From Anaerolineae bacterium (GTDB lineage: Bacteria; Chloroflexota; Anaerolineae; B4-G1; DUEL01), in contig JBMFKS010000001.1 of the NCBI GenBank assembly GCA_049972045.1, positions 11,536 through 75,535 on the forward strand: a stretch of 64,000 nt of DNA. The letters run 5' to 3'. The translations under genes were made by a program, and so were the position numbers. The notes beneath the pieces are model-generated. The model was not told where the DNA came from. It was given only the letters and a program-made list of their open reading frames with translations, and made no database searches. Below are positions 1 to 6,309 of this stretch, one piece after another (position 1 is the stretch's first letter; each line of letters begins with the position of its first letter).

Positions 1-232
1 CCGCCACGCCGATCAGTCCGAAGGCCAGGAAGAAGAGGACGTCGCGCCCGCCGAGCCGCAGGGAGGCCCGGTCCTGCCAGAGAAGGATCAGGAAGAGCGC
101 CAGGGCCGCAATTCCCGCGCGGAAGAAGACAATGGTCAACAGGGGGAGGCCGGAGGCCGCCAGCCCCTTGTAAAAGAGACCCAGCGTGGCCCAGAGGGTT
201 GCGGCCACCAGGACCAGGCCGTAGCCCCCCAT
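1..232 (-). CDS. EamA/DMT-family transporter, N-terminal part (gene runs off window start)
   Basis: Minus-strand translation from ATG at 232: MGGYGLVLVAATLWATLGLFYKGLAASGLPLLTIVFFRAGIAALALFLILLW... is multi-TM and EamA-like. It starts 6 nt after the OCD-like stop. Confidence 0.5.
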   Translation of the reverse strand, partial: MGGYGLVLVAATLWATLGLFYKGLAASGLPLLTIVFFRAGIAALALFLILLWQDRASLRLGGRDVLFFLAFGLIGVA

Positions 233-237
233 GTGCC

Positions 238-1221
238 TCACAGGGCGACCTCAACCCCCAGGTTCTGCCGACGGGCCGCCTCCAGGACGGCCGCGGCCGC
301 GGCCACGTCCTGGACCGCCACCCCCACCGACTTGAAGAGGGTCACCTCTTCTGGAGACATGCGCCCCGGCCGGAGACCGGCGGCAATCTCCCCCAGTTCG
401 GCCCAGATGTGCTCCTCCGTCATCCGGCCTTCCCGGATGGGGATGAGCAAGTCGCCGGCCTCGGCCAGGCTGGCGGTCCGGTGGTCAATGACCACGCGCG
501 CCCGCAGGACGGTCTCCGTGGGCACCTCCCGCATCTGGGGGGTGTACGCGCCGACGGCATTGATGTGGGTGCCGGGGCGGACGTCGGCGTCGTCAAAGAC
601 GGGGGTGGTGGAGGTGGTGGCGGTGCAGACCACGTCCGCCTGCCGGACCGCCTCGGCGGGGCTGGCCGCGACGTGGACCGGTATCCCCAACTGTCCGCCC
701 ATCTCCCGGGCATACGCCTGCGCCCGCTGCGGGTCGGTGTCGTAGACCCAGGCCTCCCGGATGGGCCGCACCGCGCAGACGGCTTCCAGTTGGGTCCGCC
801 CCTGCACCCCGGCCCCGAAGACGGCCGCAACGGCGGCATCCGGGCGAGCCAGCAGGTCGGTGGCCGCGCCGGAGGCGGCTCCCGTCCTGAGCGCCGTCAG
901 CGACGCGCCCTCTATCGCCGCCACGGGCGCCCCCGTCTGGGCGTCTATGACCACCACCAGGGCGTGGATGAGAGGCAGGCCCCGGGCCGGGTTGTCGTTG
1001 AAGACGGAGACGATCTTGACCGCCATCTGGTCATCCGCAGCCAGGTAGGCGGGCATGAAGAGGGTGAGGCCGTTGTGCCGGGGGACGTGGAGCGGCACTC
1101 GCAGCGGCACTTCGGCCTGTCCGGTGGAGAGTTGGGCAAAAGCCCGCTTCATGGCCTCCACGGCCTCTCGCATCGGCAGCGCCCGCCGAACATCGGGATG
1201 GGAGAGGATGAGGATGCGCAT
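238..1221 (-). CDS. ornithine cyclodeaminase / mu-crystallin family protein
   Basis: MRILILSHPDVRRALPMREAVEAMKRAF... has a Rossmann GAGVQGR motif, typical of the OCD/AlaDH family. Start chosen at MRILIL (GGAGG RBS) rather than the ORF-track start at 1260. Confidence 0.8.
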   Translation of the reverse strand: MRILILSHPDVRRALPMREAVEAMKRAFAQLSTGQAEVPLRVPLHVPRHNGLTLFMPAYLAADDQMAVKIVSVFNDNPARGLPLIHALVVVIDAQTGAPVAAIEGASLTALRTGAASGAATDLLARPDAAVAAVFGAGVQGRTQLEAVCAVRPIREAWVYDTDPQRAQAYAREMGGQLGIPVHVAASPAEAVRQADVVCTATTSTTPVFDDADVRPGTHINAVGAYTPQMREVPTETVLRARVVIDHRTASLAEAGDLLIPIREGRMTEEHIWAELGEIAAGLRPGRMSPEEVTLFKSVGVAVQDVAAAAAVLEAARRQNLGVEVAL

Positions 1222-1243
1222 AGGTACCTCCGGAAGTCTTCCA

Positions 1244-2494
1244 TCACAGCAACACAGCAACGGGCCGGCCCAGGGCGTGCGAGAGGTCCTCCGGCCGCAT
1301 CTCGTCCAGCGACTGGCCCTCCGGGCCGCGAAACATCACGGCGGGCAGGACAACCGGTCCCTGCTGCGGACGCTCCCGCAGGTGGGCTACCACGTCCTGA
1401 CCGGTCAGGAGGCCGGCTACCGTCACCGTCTCGCCGAAGAAGCGGTTGGGGACCGGGACGACTTCGGCCCGGATGCCGGTACGGTCGGCGAATTTCGTCG
1501 CCAGCCCTTCCAGCACCGGCGCCATCAACTCCCCCGTGACCCATGTCTGGGATGGGCCTCCGAGGGCGGATAACGTCCGTTCCACGCTCCGCCACCGGTC
1601 CAGCAGCGACCGTACCAGCCCTACCCCGTTCTCCCGCAGGTCCAGGCCGTCGTAGGCCGCGCGCGGGGGGACGGCCTCCCCCAGCCGGAGATACCACTCG
1701 TCGCTCAGATAGACGAAGCGGACGCCCAGCCGACGCCGCAGTCGCCGCTGCCAGGCCGTGACCTGCTCCCAGACCCCGCGCATCTCCTGGACGGTGTACG
1801 GTCGGCATCCGCCCCGGTGGTGCTTCGTCAGCCCCACCGGGACCACGCTGACGGAGCGGACGGAGGGGTAGAGGTCCGCCAGGTCACCGACGGAGCGGTC
1901 CAGAGGGGGGCCGTCGTTCAGGCCCGGCACCAGGACCAGTTGGGTATGGACCTCAATGCCCATACGGGCCAGACGGCGCAGTCCCTCCATCACGTCGGGG
2001 GCGCGGGAGTTGCCCAGCACCCGCCGCCGGAGGTCGGGGTCGGTCGCGTGGACGGAGACGTAAAGAGGGCTCAAGTGTTGCTCCCCGATGCGGGCCCAGT
2101 CCTCCTCCGTCAGATTGGTCAGGGTGATGTAACTGCCAAAGAGGAAAGAGTAGCGGTAATCGTCATCCTTGATGTACAGGGACGGGCGCAGTCCCCGGGG
2201 CATCTGGGTGACGAAGCAGAATTCGCAGCGGTTGGGGCAGCGGCGGATGTCATCAAAGGTGGGTCGGGAGAAATCCAGGCCCAGGGGCTCGTCGTACCGG
2301 CGGCGCGCCCGGAAGGTCTGTTCTTCTCCCTCCCGGCGGACGCGCAGGGTCAGCCGCTCCTCCGCCCCGTAGAACTGGACGTCTATGATGTCCCGCAGGG
2401 GGTGGCCGTTGATCTCCAGCAATTCATCGCCGGGGCGCAGGCCCAACCGCGCGGCCAGACTATGGGGTTGGACAGCAGAGATGATGCCGGCCAT
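1244..2494 (-). CDS. radical SAM protein, DUF512 family with N-terminal PDZ domain
   Basis: N-terminal PDZ-like segment (GLRPGDELLEINGHPL) followed by the radical-SAM cysteine motif CPNRCEFCF; length 416 aa. Confidence 0.8.
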   Translation of the reverse strand: MAGIISAVQPHSLAARLGLRPGDELLEINGHPLRDIIDVQFYGAEERLTLRVRREGEEQTFRARRRYDEPLGLDFSRPTFDDIRRCPNRCEFCFVTQMPRGLRPSLYIKDDDYRYSFLFGSYITLTNLTEEDWARIGEQHLSPLYVSVHATDPDLRRRVLGNSRAPDVMEGLRRLARMGIEVHTQLVLVPGLNDGPPLDRSVGDLADLYPSVRSVSVVPVGLTKHHRGGCRPYTVQEMRGVWEQVTAWQRRLRRRLGVRFVYLSDEWYLRLGEAVPPRAAYDGLDLRENGVGLVRSLLDRWRSVERTLSALGGPSQTWVTGELMAPVLEGLATKFADRTGIRAEVVPVPNRFFGETVTVAGLLTGQDVVAHLRERPQQGPVVLPAVMFRGPEGQSLDEMRPEDLSHALGRPVAVLL

Positions 2495-2503
2495 AGGTGG
2501 GGG

Positions 2504-2971
2504 TTATTCCGCCTCCGGTGACGGCGACCAGCGGTAACTCAGTTTGTAACTGCGGGCAATCATCAGCGTCTGGGTGGAGCGGACACCGGGAATCTGATGA
2601 ATCTGCTGGAGAAGAAAGTCGGTCAGGTGGCTCAGGTCGCGACAGAAGACCTCCATAACCAGGTCAAAGGCTCCCAGCGTCATGACCAGGTAACTGACTT
2701 CGGAGAGTTCGGCGATCCGGCGGGCTACCTCGTCCACTTGCCCGGGGGCGACGGTAACGCCGACGATGGCCGGGGCCTGGAAGCCCAGCGCGTAGGGGTC
2801 CACAATTCCCACGGTTCGGATCACCCCCGCCTCCACCAGGGCGCGGTAGCGGAGGCGGACCGTCGTCTCGGAGACGCCGGCCTGGCGGGCGATGTGGGTA
2901 AAGGGTGTCCGTCCGTCCTGCTGGAGGGACTGGAGGATCAAACGGTCCAGGTCATCCATTTGAGCCTGCAT
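2504..2971 (-). CDS. Lrp/AsnC family transcriptional regulator
   Basis: MQAQMDDLDRLILQSLQQDGRTPFTHIARQAGVSETTVRLRY is an HTH_AsnC domain followed by a RAM domain. AGGAGG RBS before the ATG at 2971. Confidence 0.8.
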   Translation of the reverse strand: MQAQMDDLDRLILQSLQQDGRTPFTHIARQAGVSETTVRLRYRALVEAGVIRTVGIVDPYALGFQAPAIVGVTVAPGQVDEVARRIAELSEVSYLVMTLGAFDLVMEVFCRDLSHLTDFLLQQIHQIPGVRSTQTLMIARSYKLSYRWSPSPEAE

Positions 2972-3486
2972 AATGCCTCCTGTTTTGCGTCTATGATACC
3001 CCAACTTGTCCGGTTTGCAAAGGCATGAAATGTGGTAGCAAAGGGACACCGTAACCAGCAGAACAACTGGCGGTGGACAAACCTGCGGTCGGCCAGCAAG
3101 ACGACCTCCAGTCCGACGGGCAGGATGCTCCGCGCTGCATCCAGCACGGGCTGATAGTCGGCATAGCCCACTGTCGCGCTGGCATGACGGATCACCCGCC
3201 AGGCGAGGGGGATTGCCCGCCCCCGATAGATGAGCGATACCCTGATCAGCACGAAGGGACTTCCTTTGAGCACAGACGTGTCCAACGCCAGGGATACGCG
3301 GCCGACCGTTTCCCAGTGCCTCAGTGCCGCACGAACCAACGGCTCGTACAAGGACTGCACCCGGACATGCGGATTACCAGCGTTGGAAGTAGCGAGGTCG
3401 GCTGCCTGCCACCAAGGTGGCCACCCCCTCGGGACCGGTGGTCCCGCTCTCCAGCACGCCACCGAGGAGAAACTCCTCTCATTCAT
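2938..3486 (-). pseudogene. IS4/IS701-like DDE transposase remnant (truncated)
   Basis: LALDTSVLK...GRAIPLAWRVI...LLADRRF carries the first two DDE motifs but no C-terminal E region. The ORF runs into the Lrp gene. Confidence 0.5.
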
Positions 3487-3788
3487 CGGGCCACCTCCTT
3501 ATTCGCCGGAATGCAAATCTGGGGAAAGACGGAGCCGCGCAGCCCTGTTGCCAAATCAACCGTTCTATGTTATCTTATCCATCGGTTTGATAGGTTATGG
3601 CTTGCGTTTCTGTTACAGTTCATTGACGGGGGGGAGGGCAGGAAGGGGGAGGAGGGGGGTGCGGCAGCGGCCTTCGGCCGCTGCCGCACCCCCAACCCCA
3701 TTCCCTCCGTTTGGTCTTTGTCCGAACGGGGCGCAGGCTGAGAGGCGACGCTCTGTACCCCCAAACGCTTTCCCACAGAGGAGGACTG

Positions 3789-4130
3789 ATGGCAAAAAGA
3801 CGGATGATGCCCGGCGGATTCGGCGCCCCCGGCGACATGCTGCGCCGGCTGCAGAGCCTGCAGGACGACCTGATGAAGGCCCAGGAGGAGATTGCAGCGA
3901 TGACGATCACCGCCACGGCCGGTGGCGGGGCCGTCACCGCGGTGATTTCCGGCGATCGGCGCCTGAAATCGCTGCAGATTCAGCCCGACGTCGTGGACCC
4001 CAACGACGTGGAGATGCTCCAGGACCTGATTGTGGCCGCGATCAACCAGGGGCTGGAGCAGGCGGAGAAGGCCGCCGCGGAGCGGATGAGCGCAGTGACC
4101 GGCGGCCTGGGGCTGGATTTGGGGTTGTAG
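3789..4130 (+). CDS. ybaB: YbaB/EbfC nucleoid-associated protein
   Basis: MAKRRMMPGGFGAPGDMLRRLQSLQDDLMKAQEEI...; RBS GAGGAGG. It sits immediately upstream of recR, the classic ybaB-recR arrangement. Confidence 0.85.
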   Translation: MAKRRMMPGGFGAPGDMLRRLQSLQDDLMKAQEEIAAMTITATAGGGAVTAVISGDRRLKSLQIQPDVVDPNDVEMLQDLIVAAINQGLEQAEKAAAERMSAVTGGLGLDLGL

Positions 4131-4145
4131 GAGGACCCTACCCGG

Positions 4146-4745
4146 ATGTCTGCCCTCCCGCCCTCGGTGTTGCGGCTGATAGAGACCTTCTCTGAACTCC
4201 CCGGCATCGGGCCCAAGACGGCCTCGCGGCTGACCTTCTTCCTGCTGCGGGGGGAGTCGGACCTGGCGCTGCGGCTGGCCCAAGCCCTGCAGGACCTCCG
4301 GACACAGACGCGCCTCTGCTCTGTCTGCTACAACATCACCGAACAGGACCCCTGCCCCATCTGCCGCGACCCGACGCGCGATCGGGCGACCATCTGCGTG
4401 GTGGAGGAGCCGCTGGACGTGGTGGCGATTGAGCGGACGGAGCACTACCGGGGGCTGTATCACGTCCTCCACGGGGCGCTGGCCCCGATGGAGGGGGTAT
4501 TTGCCGAAAACCTGCGGATCGCCGAATTGCTGCAACGGGTAGAAGGCGGCACAGTGCGCGAAGTCATCCTGGCGACGAATCCCACCAGTGAAGGGGACTA
4601 CACCGCCGCCTACCTGGTGGCCAAACTCCGTCCCCTGGGGGTCCGGGTGACCCGCCTGGGGCGAGGGCTTCCGGTGGGCGGCGACCTGGAATACGCCGAT
4701 CAGGTCACGCTGACCAACGCCCTGGAGGGGCGGCGCGAAATCTAA
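4146..4745 (+). CDS. recR: recombination protein RecR
   Basis: HhH (LPGIGPKTASRL), C4 zinc finger (CSVCYNITEQDPCPICRD) and Toprim domain; 199 aa. Confidence 0.9.
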   Translation: MSALPPSVLRLIETFSELPGIGPKTASRLTFFLLRGESDLALRLAQALQDLRTQTRLCSVCYNITEQDPCPICRDPTRDRATICVVEEPLDVVAIERTEHYRGLYHVLHGALAPMEGVFAENLRIAELLQRVEGGTVREVILATNPTSEGDYTAAYLVAKLRPLGVRVTRLGRGLPVGGDLEYADQVTLTNALEGRREI

Positions 4746-4747
4746 CC

Positions 4748-5395
4748 GTGTCGGGAACCCGCTGGCGCATTACCTACGCCGTTGACGGTCCCCTGCGCTA
4801 CGTCTCCCACCTGGAGCAGGTGCAGGTGTGGGAGCGGGCCATCCGGCGGGCCGCCCTGCCCCTGGCCTACAGCGGTGGCTTCACCCCCCGCCCCCGCCTT
4901 CAGGTCGCGCTGCCCCTGCCCCTGGGCTTCGCAGCGGAGGCGGAGTGGCTGGACCTTTGGCTGGAGCAACCGGTGGGGCCGGAGCGCATCGTCCAGGCCC
5001 TGACCGGTACCCTCCCCGAGGGACTGGCGATCCGGGGTATAGAGGAAGTCCCCCTGAATGCCCCCTCGCTTCCTGCACAGGTCCGGGCCGCTGAGTACGC
5101 GGTGACGGTGGAGACAACGGTTCCGGCGGATGAAATCCGGCGGCGGATAGAGGAACTGCTGGCGGCCGGGACGCTCCCCCGGGAGCGCCGGGGCCGCCCC
5201 TACGACCTGCGCCCCCTGATCCTGGACCTTTGCCTGGAGGAGGCCTATGCGGGTGGGTGCGTGCTGACGATGCTCCTCTCGGCCCGCGAGGGGGCCACAG
5301 GCCGACCGGAGGAAGTGCTGGACGCGCTGGGCCTGGCGGACGGCTTCTTCCAGGTCACCCGGCGGAGGATTCTATCCACGAATGGACACGAATGA
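4748..5395 (+). CDS. TIGR03936-family radical-SAM-associated protein (DUF2344)
   Basis: MSGTRWRITYAVDGPLRYVSHLEQVQVWERAIRRAALPLAYSGGFTPRP is a characteristic N-terminus. The usual partner TIGR03960 radical SAM is at 53112-55073. Confidence 0.65.
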   Translation: MSGTRWRITYAVDGPLRYVSHLEQVQVWERAIRRAALPLAYSGGFTPRPRLQVALPLPLGFAAEAEWLDLWLEQPVGPERIVQALTGTLPEGLAIRGIEEVPLNAPSLPAQVRAAEYAVTVETTVPADEIRRRIEELLAAGTLPRERRGRPYDLRPLILDLCLEEAYAGGCVLTMLLSAREGATGRPEEVLDALGLADGFFQVTRRRILSTNGHE

Positions 5396-5478
5396 CACGA
5401 AGCAAAAGGGGAAACCACGGATTTCACGGATGACACGGATTGATGGCGAAAAAATCCGTGGAATCCGTGGTTTGTACG
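5395..5478. repeat. CACGRAW / AATCCGTG degenerate repeat cluster with inverted copies
   Basis: cacgaatggacacgaatgacacgaag...ccacggatttcacggatgacacggatt...aaaatccgtggaatccgtgg. Related clusters occur at 27908-27990 and 53040-53100. Confidence 0.5.
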
Positions 5479-5487
5479 GTTGCCGTG

Positions 5488-6006
5488 CTATGGAGCCCTC
5501 CATAGCCCCTGCCAGGTAAACAGCAGGATCATCATCACCCCCAGAACCATCTGGATGAGGCCGGAAAGAAGGCATCCTGCCAGCCATCCGGTGCCCGCGC
5601 GGGCGGCCTCCCTCCAGTCCTTCCGGCGGCGATACTCCGCCAGCAAAATACCGGCCAGAGCCCCGACCAGCCCTCCCGGCACGGCCCCGATGCCTCCCAC
5701 CGCCATGCCGACAACGAACCCCACCGCGCCGAGTCCCAGGCCGACCAGCAGCGCCTGCCAGGACGCCCCACCCAGACGGCTGCCCAAGTGGCTGGCCCAA
5801 ATGTTGGCCGTGATGCCGATAGCGGCCAGCACCGTCAGCGCGGCGAAGGTCAGCGGGTCAATCGTGGCGAACCGCTCGGCAATCGCATAGACCAGCGCGG
5901 CCAGCCAGATCAGTTCCAACCCGGGCAGAATGGGGATCAACGTCCCCACCAGCCCCACCACCATTACGCCCAGTGTCAGCCAGAAGGCCCACTCCGGTAG
6001 GGGCAT
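5488..6006 (-). CDS. DUF456-family membrane protein
   Basis: 172 aa, four TM segments, Gly-rich helices. Family assignment by sequence pattern recall only. Confidence 0.5.
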   Translation of the reverse strand: MPLPEWAFWLTLGVMVVGLVGTLIPILPGLELIWLAALVYAIAERFATIDPLTFAALTVLAAIGITANIWASHLGSRLGGASWQALLVGLGLGAVGFVVGMAVGGIGAVPGGLVGALAGILLAEYRRRKDWREAARAGTGWLAGCLLSGLIQMVLGVMMILLFTWQGLWRAP

Positions 6007-6072
6007 TTCGCTCCTCTCTGAACGGAAAAAACCCTCCCGCAGGTCCCGCAGTCTGCAGGAGGGTGATGCAAT

Positions 6073-6150
6073 CTGGTGAGCCGTGCAGGATTTGAACCTG
6101 CGGCCAAGGGCTTAAAAGGCCCCTGCTCTACCTGACTGAGCTAACGGCCC
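6073..6150 (-). tRNA. tRNA-Lys (anticodon UUU)
   Basis: Reverse complement GGGCCGTTAGCTCAGTCAGGTAGAGCAGGGGCCTTTTAAGCCCTTGGCCGCAGGTTCAAATCCTGCACGGCTCACCA folds as a cloverleaf. Anticodon loop CTTTTAA, T-loop GGTTCAAATCC, encoded CCA. Confidence 0.85.
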
Positions 6151-6209
6151 CTTTAGTAGAAAGTATAACACGGGAGCAGGGGATTGTCAAATAGAAACCC
6201 CCTGCCTGA

Positions 6210-6238
6210 TTGACACAATCGGGACAGCCGCATATAAT
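6210..6238 (+). promoter_or_regulatory. consensus sigma70-type promoter TTGACA-N17-TATAAT
   Basis: ttgacacaatcgggacagccgcatataat, about 70 nt upstream of the MOP-like gene start. Perfect -35 and -10 hexamers with a 17-nt spacer. Confidence 0.55.
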
Positions 6239-6297
6239 CTCGTCCGTGGTCTGTCGTCCGTCGTCCGTGGTCTGTCGTCCGTCGTCCATGGTCCATT
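6239..6297. repeat. STRR-like heptanucleotide tandem repeat (GTCGTCC/GTCTGTC)x8
   Basis: cgtccgtggtctgtcgtccgtcgtccgtggtctgtcgtccgtcgtccatggtccat lies in the 5' UTR of the MOP-like gene. Same family at 44667-44702, 55956-55982 and 63245-63278. Confidence 0.65.
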
Positions 6298-6309
6298 CTG
6301 GAGGCCTCT

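Noticed and set aside
199-1808. Plus-strand ORFs 199-1539 and 1055-1573, and the minus-strand ORF 1149-1808, overlapping the OCD-like and DUF512 genes
   Set aside because: These are alternative-frame or opposite-strand artefacts. The minus-strand frames carry a Rossmann motif and a radical-SAM CxxxCxxC respectively.
3490-3788. SRP/4.5S RNA or other ncRNA upstream of ybaB (common synteny: ffs-dnaX-ybaB-recR)
   Set aside because: The GC hairpin at 3657-3690 is a simple 15-bp stem-loop. No domain IV motif (GGAAGGAAGCAGC-like) or tRNA-like fold was found. It is more likely a terminator or IS-associated structure.
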